In this document: positions 37,857-52,570 of the stretch, one piece after another | Layout: the number at the start of each line of letters is the position of its first letter | How positions within the stretch are numbered: position 1 is the first letter of the stretch | NCBI RefSeq assembly: GCF_009914755.1 | Contig: NC_060940.1 | Length of the DNA stretch: 64,000 bases | Direction: 5' to 3' (one strand) | Origin: the human T2T-CHM13v2.0 reference genome, Homo sapiens | Position numbers and translations under genes: made by a program | The notes under the pieces: model-generated | What the model was told of the DNA's origin: nothing | Database searches by the model: none | Seen by the model: the letters and a program-made list of their open reading frames with translations, nothing else

Positions 37857-37862
37857 TTTATT
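37857..37862 (-). terminator. UQCRC2: Candidate UQCRC2 proximal polyA signal (AATAAA)
   Basis: TTTATT on the + strand ~160 nt past the stop; T/GT-rich downstream on the - strand. Confidence 0.7.
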
Positions 37863-38019
37863 GACTTTAGGTCAGCTGGGAATAATTACCTGCATTTATG
37901 CCTTATTTTACCTCACTGGAAAAAAGACAAATGATATATTAGAGACTTCTGACTTTCATGTGTTTGCTGCTCTGGGCTGAGAGAACGTTCAGCTCTCTCC
38001 TGTAATGTGTGCATCAGTA

Positions 38020-38130
<111 letters not shown>

Positions 38131-38207
38131 TTAACAAAAATAAAAATATATATCATCAAGCAGGCGAACTTATTTTGTCATTTCAAGAATTTATGGATAG
38201 GACATTC

Positions 38208-38508
38208 TTTTTTTTTTTTTTTTTTTTGAGGTGGAGTCTCGCTCTGTCACCCAGTGTGGAGTGCAGTGCTGCGATCTTGGCTCACTGCAGCCTCCGCCTC
38301 CCAGGTTCAAGCAATTCTCTGCCTCACCCTCCCAAGGAGCTGGGATTACAGGCATGTATCACTATGCCCAGCTAATTTTTGTATTTTTAGTAGAGACGGG
38401 ATTTCGCCATGTTGGCCAGGCTGGTCTCAAACTCCTAGCCTCAAGTGATCCACTCACCTTAACCTCCCAAAGTGCTGGGATTACAGGCGTGAGCCACCAA
38501 CCTGGCCT
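38208..38508 (-). mobile_element. AluS
   Basis: TSD GATAGGACATTCT. Confidence 0.95.
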
Positions 38509-39051
38509 TCGATAGGACATTCTAAGCCAGCAATTACTATAATAGCTGTTGTGAAAATTAACTAGGAGATGGCTGGTGCTTTAATTTGGGACAGTGTGGG
38601 AGGAAAAGCTTAGCTGTTTCTCTGAAAGTCCCATTGTATGTGTAATGAACCAAGCAAGAGCAACACTGGTAAGAGGGTAGCTGTTCAAAGAGAGATAAGG
38701 AAAACAACACTGACACTGTCAAATAGAGTAGTGTGGCTTCAGGCAGGGATATACTTTCCTGTTTCGGTATTACAATGGCAAATAGTCTGGGTCAATAAAA
38801 ATACATTGATTGTTAACTTAAAAGTAAAACTTGATACCCTAGAGGATTCTTTATGCCACTACTTCCAAGTTCAAAGGCTGGTTAAGTGTAGTATCATGAG
38901 TCAGGTGTAGGTGGAGCAGCAGCCCCCATATTCTGTCAGGCCAGCTTATCTTATTACTATGAAGGAGAGGTGGTGGTGGAAGCAGTCGGGTTGGGACGCA
39001 CATAATGATAGGATATAAGATGAAGACAGCCATTTAAAAGAGTACCAAATG

Positions 39052-39345
39052 GGCTGGGCGCGTTGATTCACACCTGTAATCCCAGCACTTTGGAAGGCTG
39101 AGGCGGGTGGATCACGAGGTCAGGAGATCGAGACCATCCTGGCTAACATGGTAAAACCCCGTCTCTACTAAAAATACAAAAAATTAGCCGGCCGTGGTGG
39201 TGGGCACCTGTAGTCCCAGTTACTAGGAAGGCTGAGGCAGGAAAATGGCGTGAACCCGGGAGGCGGAGGTTGTACTGAGCCGAGATCGCGCCACTGCACT
39301 CCAGCCTGGGCAACAGAGCAAGACTCCGTCTCAAAAAAAAAAAAA
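39052..39345 (+). mobile_element. AluY
   Basis: Y diagnostics GAGATCGAGACCATCCTGGCTAAC and ATGGCGTGAACCCGGG; TSD-like AAGAGTA..AAATG. Confidence 0.93.
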
Positions 39346-39418
39346 AGAAGAGTATGAAATGACGATTGGGGCGAAGTGAAATCAAGTCAGGGTTACTATC
39401 TTAAAATAGCCTTGTCTC

Positions 39419-39718
39419 TTTTTTATTTGAGACAGGGTCTCACTCTGTTGCCCAGCCTGGAGTACAGTGGCATGATCTCGGCTCGCTGCAACCTCTGCCT
39501 CCCAGGCTCAAGCCACCTTCCCACCTCAGCCCCATGAGCTCCTGAGTAGCTGGGACTACAGGCGCATGCCACCAAGCCTAGCTAATTTTTGTACTTTTTT
39601 GTAGAGATGGGGTTTTGCTACATTGCCCAGTCTGGTATTGAACTCCTGGGCTCAAGCAATCTGCCCACCTCAGCCTTCCAAAGTGCTGGGATTACAGGAA
39701 TGAGCCACTGCACCCAGC
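39419..39718 (-). mobile_element. AluJ, inverted relative to the AluY
   Basis: Antisense J-type Alu. Confidence 0.9.
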
Positions 39719-40087
39719 TTAGTTTTTTATTTTTTCTTATCCCCACTGTCCCTATACAAGGTAGACCTGTTGGTGAGAAGATGGCCGAGACATCTACAGT
39801 AGAAAGCAAGTTGGCAAGTTTAATGTAGAAAATGGGGAAAACCCACTTACTTTGGATTAATTCTGTAGGTCATGTGCTTGTTAGGCACAGCAGGGAACAC
39901 AAAGAAGTACATGACATAGTCCTTGCCCTCAAAACAGCTCAATATTGTAGGGAACAATAATATATGTGAAAAAAAAATTAGCAAGAACAAGAGAATGTCC
40001 TAGGCTGAGAAGAGTAAAGAAAATCTTAAGATGCTAGATGGTGAAATATTGCTAGGACTGAAGAGGAAAAATAGCAAACTTCACTAT

Positions 40088-40273
40088 TTAGGTTGGATCA
40101 TATGAAACTGCTAATATTTGACTCTTCTTTACTTCTAGTCATCTAACATAAGCCCATTTTATAAACTACCATTAGTTTAACCTAACGTTTGATACGTTAG
40201 GTGTATTAAATGCACTTTTGACTGCCATCTCAGTGGATGGCAGCCCTCTTACTGACATCACAGTTTAACCTAA
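40088..40273. mobile_element. MADE2 (mariner MITE) with a foreign templated insert in its middle
   Basis: TTAGGTTGGATCATATGAAACTGCTAATATTTGAC left end and GTTTAACCTAA right end match recalled MADE2 termini; spans 186 bp rather than ~80. Confidence 0.65.
40187..40257. repeat. Left arm of a 71-bp inverted repeat (partner 41063-41133)
   Basis: 67 of 71 bases identical to the reverse complement of 41063-41133. Confidence 0.95.
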
Positions 40274-40490
40274 TGGTAGTTTATTTGAAGGAGGAAGATA
40301 CATATACTCGAGCTGACAGGGAAGCTTGTTGCGGATCTTATGGGAATGAGCCCTCCTGCCTCCACATTAAGTAGATGAGCACCAAACATGAGAATAATAC
40401 ACTGCCCAAGGACGCTTATGCATCCTTCTGAAATTGGATCATTAAGGTTAAGTTCTCTGTTGTTAAATCGTTAAGTTTTCATTTACTTAC

Positions 40491-40644
40491 ATTTATGATA
40501 TCAGCATTAGCCACTGAATCAATCTGCTGAAGGACTGTGGATGGTGGCATGTAAGAACCAGCAACTAGAGCCTGGGACCCGACTTCTTCCAGGAAACACT
40601 CAGAAGACTCCACTGACATTAGGTATCCAGCTTTCAGCTTGTTC
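40491..40644 (-). CDS. UQCRC2: UQCRC2 exon 13
   Basis: CAG|G...AAT|GTAAGT; encodes [24 protein letters not shown]...ADIIN; 154 nt. Confidence 0.97.
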
Positions 40645-41062
40645 CTGTCCAATAAAAGGCAGAAGTCAGTTTTAGAGAGCAAGGCAATTATTTTTTTTTT
40701 CTGAGTGGTGGCGGGGGGCTGTGAACATCAAAGCTTTATTTAATGGATAGAGTAACAGCGTGTCTCCCTCTTCCTGAATTCCCCAAGAAGAATGCCACTC
40801 CCTTCTCTGGAACATACTAAAACAGTAAGTCTGAAGGGAAGAAGTCTCTTCAGGGTTGCCAAAGTGTCCAATTGAGGGCCCACTTTGGCCTCCATTTGTG
40901 GGTCCATATGCTGCTACAGATTTGAGTGAGACAGCTGGAGAGCTCCCTAATGCTTCCCAAGGCCTCTGGATCCGGTTGTGCAATCTGGATCCTCTGCATG
41001 TCACTGGCCAGTCGCAGCATGCTCTTTCTCCTGCCCACTGGCACAGTGAGGAAGATCTCTGC

Positions 41063-41133
41063 TGTCAGTGAGAAGGCTGTCATCCACTGAGATGGCAGTC
41101 AAAAGTGCATTTAATACACCTAACGTATCGAAC
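41063..41133. repeat. Right arm of the 71-bp inverted repeat
   Basis: See left arm; spans a unique-DNA/MER47 junction. Confidence 0.95.
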
Positions 41134-41923
41134 ATCATAGCTTGGCCCAGGTTATCTCATATGTGCTCAGAACACTTACAATAGCCTGCAGCTGGGCAAA
41201 AGTCTTCTAACATAAGCCCATTTTGTAAGGAAGCATTGATTATCTCATGTACTGCATATCACTAGCCTAGGAAAAGATCGAAATTCAAGGTATAGTCATG
41301 TACTACATAATGATGTTTTTGGTCAATGATGGACCACATATATGATGGTGGTCCCGTTAAGATTATTAGGGAGCTGAAAGATTCCTATTACTTACTGACA
41401 ACATAATGTTGTAGTGCAATTTTAAAAAAATAAATTTAGCGTAGCCTATGTTTACAGTGTTTAGTATCTACAGCAGTGCACAGTAATGTCCCAGCCCTTC
41501 CCATTTACTCACCACTCACTCACTGACTCACTCGAAAGCAGGAGCTATGCCATAAAAATGGCATACCATTTTTTTATCTTTTGTGCTGTATTTTTACTGT
41601 ACCTTTCCTATGTTTAGATGCACAAATACTTACCTTTGTGTTATAACTGCCTACAGTATTCAGTACTATAGTACATGCTATACAGGTTTGTAGCCTAAGA
41701 GCAATAGACTATACCATAGAGCCCATGTGTGTAGTAGGCTATACCATCTGGATTTGTCTGAACACTGAGGTTCACACAGTGATGAAACCACCTAACACCA
41801 CATTTCTCAGAATGTATCCCCATCGTTATGTGACCCATGACTGGAAGCTGAAATTGCGATGGTTTTCCTCCATAGTCAAGTTGAAAAATTATAATTGATC
41901 CATGGCAAGTTGGGGACAGTGTA
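41098..41923 (+). mobile_element. MER47/Tigger5-type element, 5'-truncated and split by Tigger3
   Basis: GCATTTAATACACCTAAC.TA.CGAACATCATAGCTT...TGCTCAGAACACTTACA; resumes at 41844 to GTTGGGGACAG. Confidence 0.75.
41293..41843 (+). mobile_element. Tigger3 (Golem/MER7) non-autonomous element
   Basis: TIRs (T)AGTCATG...CATGACTG; internal GGTGGTCCCGTTAAGATTA...GAGCTGAAA. Confidence 0.85.
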
Positions 41924-43821
41924 TATTGTAAACCTACCTTTTGGCTGCTACAGTGTGAAGACCAGGGATCTTGAAGAGCCTTCTGTCAAACCAGGGTGTC
42001 AGGCCTGTACTTGGTGTCACCACAGACAACTCCACCTGGCCCACAGCTGGGGTCACAGTGTTATAAAGGTCACAGTCTTGACCTTTTCCTTTTGCCTTTT
42101 CCTTGTATGAAGTGGGTTCTCTTCTTGGATGGAGGATACCGTTCAATGCTTGTAGTTTGAAGATTCTCATGTTTATTTTCTTCTTATGCTATCGTTTCAC
42201 TTGTATTACCTGTGAGTTTTGGCAGGTTTCGGGGGTGTCTGAAGAGCTTCTGCTGTCTGTTTATTTCTGTGATATCCACTTCAGCTGTTGCTGCCTCTTT
42301 TAGGGCCTGTTTGTTTTCACCAAGGGTGAAGTAGTCAAGCCAGTTCCTCTTACACAGTGAAACAGGGCAATTTTAAGGTATGTGCCCCGAAACTCAACAT
42401 ATTTTTGGTAAACAGGCAAACTAACAACTTACAGTGCTAATGGCCTCCATTCTATTTCTTCAGTTCACCAAGTACGTGAACCGTTTACGTTACTATTTGG
42501 AAAGCTGTCAGTACGAAATTATACTGAAAACTCCACAGATTGCTTTTTGATTTGGGACTAGAACTTAGATCTAGGTAAAACTATTTTAATGTAAGGTTTT
42601 GATTAGTGAAGCAACTCCTGCCTCTTGCTGAGATTTGTCTGTGAGCATAGGGTATGATGGAAAAGGCAGGTGGGGAAGGGCAGTACAGGTCTTGTAAGCA
42701 ACGGCAGCTTAAATATGGGCACAAAAGCATCCACTTGAAATAAAACAAAATCCAATTCACAATTCTCCCAGAAACTTATTACTTATAGACATGGTGTTTG
42801 ATAAGACAGTCGAGTTATTTGAACCTCAAACGTTTATCATCCTTTAACACTCTACAGAAAGACTTCCATTTAAACATAATTACAATTTAATGCTGCAGTT
42901 TTACCACGTTGTCAGCTTAATTAAAAAATGATTTTACCTGCAATAAACTACCAAGAGGTTATTAGTGTGTCCTTTCGGCAATGACACCTCACTTTCTCTC
43001 TTTCACTACAGGAAGAACTTACAAGAAAAAGTATCAACTCCATCAAAATGGCAGAAAACATACTTTGACATTAATATTCAAAATTCTACTTTCTGCTTAT
43101 TACCATACCTTGTAAGAACTGTGTTACACTTATTAAGAAAATACGTTTTCTTAAATAAATTAGATTTGAAAAACTTAGGTTTTTCTTAAGTAAATCCAGT
43201 GTTTCAATGTATTCTCATCATGTTTTGTTTCTGGTACAATCAAGCAGCCCTGCATCCTATCGATTCTTGGTTCTATGTATACAATATTTAATAAATTGTG
43301 TTGTACTTATACAAGAGATGCAACTTTGTAGTGTGCTCAGCATAACAAAACTAACAATACTAATGGGAACAGAAATGACCAAAAGGTTGTTCCATCCTGG
43401 GTTGTAATTCTGCTTCCCCTGTGGGCAATACTAAATGATCATAACGACCACTGGAGTTGCAAGATTCACATTTTGAATTGTTCTAAGTAGATGGAGTCAA
43501 ACTTAAATGTCTTAAGCGGCTGTATGAAAATGCAGGTTGATTTCCAACTTTGTCCCAAGTCTGTCTCTTTTAGAGAAACCCTCGAACTACTAATGAATTA
43601 GGAGTGTTGATAGCACTTTCAATCTGGACAGTGGGGATTTATAAATTGCCAAATAGCAGACAAGTATTTTAGTCTTTCTTATAAAACAAAACAAAATCAG
43701 ATCTTTTTTGGGTATAAATTAGTTATGAAGAAAGAAACTATTGTAGAATAGGTACTCTTATATACTGGTGGTATGATTATAAACTGGTACAATCTCTTTA
43801 GATTTGTGACTTAGAAATACA

Positions 43822-44116
43822 TTTTTTTTTTTTAAGAGACAGGGTCTTGCTCTGTTGCCCAGGCTAGTGTGCAATGGCGTGATCTTAGTTCACTGCAGCC
43901 TCAAACTCGTGGGCTCAAGCAATCCCCCCTCTTCAGCCTCCTGAGTAGCTGAGGCTACAGGCACACACTACCACACCTGGCTAGTTTTAAATATCTTTTT
44001 GTAAAGACAGTGTCTTGCCACATTACCCAGGCTGGTTGAACTCCTGGCCTCAAGTGATCCTCCTGCCCCAGCCTCCCAAAGTCCTGGGATTACAGGTATG
44101 AGCAACTGCGCCTAGT
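43822..44116 (-). mobile_element. AluJ
   Basis: Antisense J-type Alu. Confidence 0.92.
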
Positions 44117-44441
44117 CAAATGTATTATTTAAACATACACACATACACACACTCTAACATGGAGTCTTTCGTTATGTTTATAACTCTTAACTTAGTTGGG
44201 AATCTACACCAAGAAAGTAATACGAAACACAAAAATATTTTAAGCCCAAAGATATCTTTATAACTGCAGAAAATGCACAAGTGTATTTTGACACACCAAT
44301 GAATATTGTTTAAATTTTTAGTAATTTGAATCAATGGAAACAGAATCATTGCTAGGGAAATCAGAGATCATTTTTGTCTTTTATTTGTAATTTTCAAACT
44401 TCTATAATAAGGATGCTATTTAAATAAGATAAAAAAGTATA

Positions 44442-44579
44442 CAGATGGTCCCTAACTTAACTTATGATGGTTTGACTTATGTTTGTTTGGCTGGATGACT
44501 GGGTTATTAGGGTATTAAATGCATTTTCGATATGCGCATTTCTCAGGACGTAACCCCAGTGTAAGTCAAGCAGCATCTA
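44442..44579 (-). mobile_element. Short MER47-type MITE
   Basis: TA|CAGATGGTCCC...GTATTAAATGCATTTTCGA...GCAGCATCT termini. Confidence 0.65.
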
Positions 44580-44624
44580 TATATACAATATTAACAATTA
44601 TGTTTAAAAATGCATGATCAATAA

Positions 44625-44885
<261 letters not shown>

Positions 44886-44945
44886 TGAAAAGAATACAAC
44901 TTTCAAATAACAAAAACATAAAACACAGTTAATACTGAGACTTAC

Positions 44946-45022
44946 TTGGCAGCTTGGACATCTGTGTTGGAAAGGTTTCCTTGAGCTATTGTTTTTACTT
45001 GATTATAGGCAGCCTTGATAAC
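44946..45022 (-). CDS. UQCRC2: UQCRC2 exon 12
   Basis: TAG|GTT...GCCAA|GTAAGT; encodes VIKAAYNQVKTIAQGNLSNTDVQAA; 77 nt. Confidence 0.97.
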
Positions 45023-45739
45023 CTAGGACAGATAAGAAAAGTTGGTCATCTGTGGTCAGTACCAGAGTCTCCTGCAGCACTGACACACTTCTTTACTGAG
45101 GCAAAAACACAGATGGAAGGTTAGTTCCAGACAAACAGCACAGTGTCCATGCGGAATGCTGTCATCACTATGGGTTCCTTATTCTTCCTATGTTCATAAA
45201 GCAGCTGTTTATACACAATCCTCCTGCCCCAGCCTCCCAAGAAGCTGGGACTACAGGTGCATGCTACCAGGCCTGGCTAATTTTTTAGCTTTTTTTGTAG
45301 AGATGTGTGGGCTCAAGTGATCCTCCCACCTTAACCTCCCAAAGTGTTGGGATTATAGGTGTGAGCCACCACACCCGGCCAAACACATGGATTTCTAATC
45401 ACCCATAAAGAATAAGCACCTTTAAAACTTCCCCAGACTCTTGCAGTGTCATGCCATTAATACTGCTATCTCTTACTATTCACTAAGAAGAGAGTAGTAA
45501 TCCATACACAGCCAATTTGTAAGGCTTGTCCATACTTTGTAAGCCAGGGTCAAGAAGGAATCTGAATCCTTGTATGGTATTTAAAAAAAGAAAGAAAGAA
45601 TAAAGTTCCGGGGATGTGGGTACTTGGTAAATATTTGTTGAATAAATAAATAAATCTGACCATGATTTTCTCCATCCCAGTGCTGGCTGGGTCTGCTACT
45701 TATTTTTCCCTCTGATCACCTAAATTCTAGGACCTCTGT

Positions 45740-46990
45740 TTCCCCTTCATTTTAGCTGCCCATTTTCAGAGCCACACCCCAGACCTGATCATAGCCTAAA
45801 TTTGCATACCTCTGAAGCCCTCAATTCTAAGACCCCGACCTCAGTCTTTAATCTCACTATCCTTATTCTTCCACTTTATCAAGATCTCTAGTTCCTTGAC
45901 TTGTCCAGTCTTTCAATTTATCAGGCCCCCTCTGGCTTCACTTCTCTATTGAGCCTAGATCCCTGAATCATCCTTTTAATCACTCTTGCCAATGCTCCCA
46001 ACTCCCTTGCTATCTCCTCATACTTCTCACCTGCCCACTTTGCAGGATTCCAACCTGGGATTAACCCTAATACCTACCTCCTCCATTTCTCTATTAGGCT
46101 TCTGAATGCAACTGAAGAAAAATTACATGACAGTGCTGACTGACTGTACTATGAATTTGTGGTCGCTGATTTCAAGGATACATCTACACTACAGCGAATA
46201 CCCACTTTTTGTGTACCTCACTATTTGTCTGTCCCAAACTTCACTACTTTCTTTAAACTTTCCTCTCACGTCTGTCAAAACATGACTTAGCCTCCTGTCT
46301 CACTGAGGAGGTACTTCCCCATCTTCCCAATATCTTCCAATATTAGCCTGTCTGTAAGGCTAAAAGGTCCACTTGTGTGCTGGATCCCAAGTATTCCTTT
46401 CTCAGACTTGAGCCATTTATAATTTTCTATCTCCGATATCTGCTCCGATCTTTTTGCTCAGTATGTCTCTTTCAACCTAATCTCTCAGTGTAAACTCTCC
46501 TAAAACAACTTGCTCCTTGAATGTCTAAGCTCCACTAGCCCACACCAACCTCTCATTTCTTACTTGTCATTCATTCCTTAATCACTACACATTTTACCCA
46601 ATTTCCACTACTCTAGTCAAAACTGTTAAGATCACCCATGATGTCCTAGCTTGCTGAAACTACCAGACTTCTCAGTGGTAATGAATGTTATTTCACTGTG
46701 GGTCAAAATGGTGTTAAACATACTCTCTTTCCTATCCTTCAAATATATCAGCTTCTCTTTTTCTTTCTGTTTACCTGGGCCATTTTTCTTAGCCACTTGC
46801 TCCTTAAATGGTGTTGTTTCCCAGAAATTGAGCTTTAGTTTTCTTTTCCTACAATCATTCACACATATCCCTGATTTCAACACAATCTCTACACTGAAGA
46901 CTTGCAAATAAACCTCCTGGTCTTCCCCTCTCCTGGGTTCTCAATTTAGATGTCTCAGAGCCAACTCAATGCAACTTGTCCAACCAGAAC
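45740..46990 (-). mobile_element. L2 fragment
   Basis: Long pyrimidine-rich diverged L2-like tract. Confidence 0.6.
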
Positions 46991-47182
46991 CAAAACATGA
47001 AGGAGGCAATTCTCTCCTCTTTCCTGGAAGCATTAGTATACATGTGTAAATTTCCCTATAGCAGATAATGCTTCAATGACATCATACTATACAGAGCTCT
47101 GATAAGTCATTGCACTGCATTCAAACATTCCATATTTTAACCGAAAACATGTTTATGGCGGGGGGGAGAAATAACTTGTTCA

Positions 47183-47311
<129 letters not shown>

Positions 47312-48060
47312 TTACTGTATGATATTCTACCAAGTAAAACAGGGCACGATTTCTTTAAGTTTGCCTAGAAAAAACTTGGACCTTCACGGTATAAACAAAA
47401 TAGATTAATATTTTACTTAGCCAGTTCTGTCACGAACTGAAGTATTCTGTAAATAGGTTACCTCTTTCAGAACTATCACGGCTTTGTTTTTTCATTTAAA
47501 TATTTCTAAAATGACTGCTCCCTTTCCTTTATGCTGGGTATTTTCTAACCTGCTTTAGATGATTAAAGGTTTATGCAAACACTAATCTGCAAACATTATT
47601 ATTATAATATAGATAGGCTTTGGCATTAGGCAGACCAGGTTTCTTCTCTCTGCTGTTGGTAGGGACTTTTTCACCAATTTACTTTCATTTCTCTTATACA
47701 CTCATGTCAGAAAGTTAGAGAAAAATTTCTGCTTAGTGGTCATTATCCAGATGTCCAAGCTATCAAGAGTTTAACCTCTGAATAACAGGGATATTGTTAT
47801 CTAGTTTGAGCAGAGCTTTTAGCTCTCTAGGGTGAACCCGATTTGCAGTGTTTATGTGGACCATTTACATAAAAATTATCTAAGTTCTTATTAAAAATAC
47901 AAACTTTCAGATTCCCAAAATGGACCTACTGACTCAGGTCCCTGTGGATGCAGCCTGGAAGCCCAGATTTTTAACAAGTGTTCCAGGTAATTCTTATGTA
48001 CAATAAACTTGGAGAACCATTGGCTCAGTCCATGTAAAGCATAAGAAGGCACTTCAATTT

Positions 48061-48369
48061 CTTTTATTTATTTATTTATATATATTTTTGAGACAGAGTC
48101 TTGCTCTGTCACCCAGGCTGGAGTGCAGTGGCACGATCTCAGCTTACTGAATCCTCCGCCTCCTGGGTTCAAGTGATTCTTCTGCCTCAGCCTCCCAAGT
48201 AGCTGGGACTACAGGCGTGCGCCACCACGCCCAGACAATTTTTGTATTTTTAGTAGAGACAGGGTTTCACTGTGTTAGCCAGGATGGTCTTGATCTCCTG
48301 ACCTTGTGATCCGCCCAACTTGGCCTCCCAAAGTGCTGGGATTACAGGCGTGAGCCACTGTGCCTGGCC
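48061..48369 (-). mobile_element. AluSc/Y
   Basis: TSD ACTTCAATTTCTTT. Confidence 0.93.
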
Positions 48370-48477
48370 TGGACTTCAATTTCTTTAATTATAATTCTGA
48401 GGCCATCCTATTTATACTCTAAATTTCTGGCTGAGTTCTGAACTAGGAATTTCTATTAAATTACTTCATTGGATTAG

Positions 48478-48636
<159 letters not shown>

Positions 48637-49015
48637 TGAGTCTGTAAACAATTTCTTGGTGTTCATCTTGTCCACTTGGTTGGAAAACAAATAGTGAGAT
48701 TCAGGAAGTAACCAAAAGAACAGAAGCGGACAGAAGAAAATCTAGAAAAAAAGACTAGTTAGAATCTAGGGGAAAGTTTAATATCTACAACTTTATTCTA
48801 AAGGGAACGGATGTGTGGATTCCCTTTATTTCTAAGCATTCAATTCCTCTTTTTATATTACTAATGACAAGTAATAGACAAAGTGGAAAAGCCAGTGAGT
48901 TTTTGATAGGCCTTCAAAGATACTAAAATCAAGCCTGGCTATCTCTTCAATTGTACAAAGATTTTCTGTGTGTTTGTCTTACATTTTAAGAGTAGATTAT
49001 CAGAATTATATCTTA

Positions 49016-49309
<294 letters not shown>

Positions 49310-49568
49310 TCACCATTGGTTTCATTCTCCAGTATTTCCTACAACACAGTATTAACCCACGAGTCTTTTCTGCGGCTCGGTGCTTTCCCCATGCCATCCT
49401 GTCCCCAAACACACACAAAACATATGCTCAAAATACAACACCCAAGCCATCCAATTCTATGCCGAGACTGTTCAGTAGTAAATATTCAGGCCTATTCCAC
49501 CTCAATATGCTATTCTAGTGGGGAAACGCCCTTCTGATAAATTAACCCTAATAGAATGAAATGCTTAC

Positions 49569-49664
49569 CTCCACGGTAGTTGGCCTTTGCACCAGATAAA
49601 CCAAGCCCACCCCTCATGTTGAGAAACTGTTCAGCAACTTGCTTTAGAACAGGATGACTCACAC
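49569..49664 (-). CDS. UQCRC2: UQCRC2 exon 9
   Basis: Encodes [31 protein letters not shown]; 96 nt. Confidence 0.97.
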
Positions 49665-50114
49665 CTGTTTCAACAGAAGCAAAAACAAAGCTAGAACCAC
49701 AATTACTAAAACACAATCGTAAAATATTTTTTCCTTGTTTTAAAAATACGATTGTAAAATCCTAACACTACAAAATAAATAAGAGTCTTCCTGCCATAAT
49801 GCCACTCTCCCAGAGATACCCAATTACAGTTTACTATTACTAAACTATTTACTATATACTTAGTATTACTATTCATCTAGAATTTTCTGTGTAGTTAATA
49901 TTATCTTCAATTTATTTCTAAAATGGTATCATTCTATTGATATTGTTTCTAACTTATCTTTCATAATTTACAAATTTCTAAGTGAGTAGTCTACATCAAA
50001 TATTTAATGGTTATAAAGAATCCCTTTCTATGGCTCTACCACCATTTATTTGATCAATCCCCTCCTAATGGACGCTAGCATGTTTCTAATAGTTAGCTCT
50101 TAAAACAACATTGC

Positions 50115-51535
<1,421 letters not shown>

Positions 51536-51649
51536 AAAAATATTACAAATGATATTCTCATGCAACTACTTTGTAAACTTGACCTAATGTTTCTGTAAGA
51601 CAAATTCTTAAAAGTCACTGGGTCTATGAGTGTAAACATTTGGAATTGT

Positions 51650-51937
51650 ATTTTTTTGAGACAGAGTCTCACTCTGTCGCCCTTGCTGGAGTGCAGTGGC
51701 ACGATCTCAGCTCACTGCAATCACTGCCTCCTGGGTTCAAGCGATTCTCCTCCTCAGCCCCCCGATAGCTGGGATTACAGGCATGTGTCACCATGCCCGA
51801 CTAATTTTTGTATTTTTAGTAGAGACGGGGTTTCGCCATGTTGGCTAGGCTGGTCTTGAACTCCTGACCTCAGGTGATCCGCCCGCCTCAGCCTCCCAAA
51901 GTGCTAGGATTACAGGCATGAGCCACCATGCCCAGCC
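51650..51937 (-). mobile_element. AluS
   Basis: Antisense full Alu. Confidence 0.93.
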
Positions 51938-52450
51938 TAGAATTTTAACAGATATGTTCAAAAAGATCTCCCAAAATGTTGTACTAGTTTATATTCCTAC
52001 TAACAATTTGTGAGAGTGCCTATTTCTCCATACCCTGGTTAATTCTGGGCAGAGTCCATCTTTTAATTTTGCCAACATCACAGATTAAAATTTTCTTAAT
52101 TATTAGTGAGGCTGATCATTTAAAACAAAGATAGTTGGCTACACATATACAAACATATTTCTCCCATGAACTGTCTGTTCATGCCCTTTGCCTGTTTTTC
52201 TAGTAAGCTGTACTTCCTTTTAAAAAAGTTTGTAAAAGCTCTTTGCTTTGAGAAATTCACCTTTGTCACAGGTTTTACAAATACTGTAAAGAATTTAAAG
52301 CCAGTGGTTTACAAATTTAAATGTTGGATTCTGCTTTCCAAAACAAATGACTAGCAATTAAAATCCTATGATATATTGCCTGTCTGACATAAATAGAAGG
52401 CCGAAGTTTTCAAATTTTGTTCAATCCTATGTTCACGTAATTACAGTTTA

Positions 52451-52570
<120 letters not shown>

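Noticed and set aside
39052-39718. Inverted AluY/AluJ pair ~73 bp apart
   Set aside because: The subfamilies are divergent and both lie in one intron, so this is probably only an ordinary editing substrate.
40222-40243. Hairpin CTGCCATC-TCAGTG-GATGGCAG resembling an iron-responsive element
   Set aside because: The loop register is TCAGTG rather than CAGUGN with a 5-bp upper stem and bulged C. It is intronic, and this copy is on the strand opposite UQCRC2.
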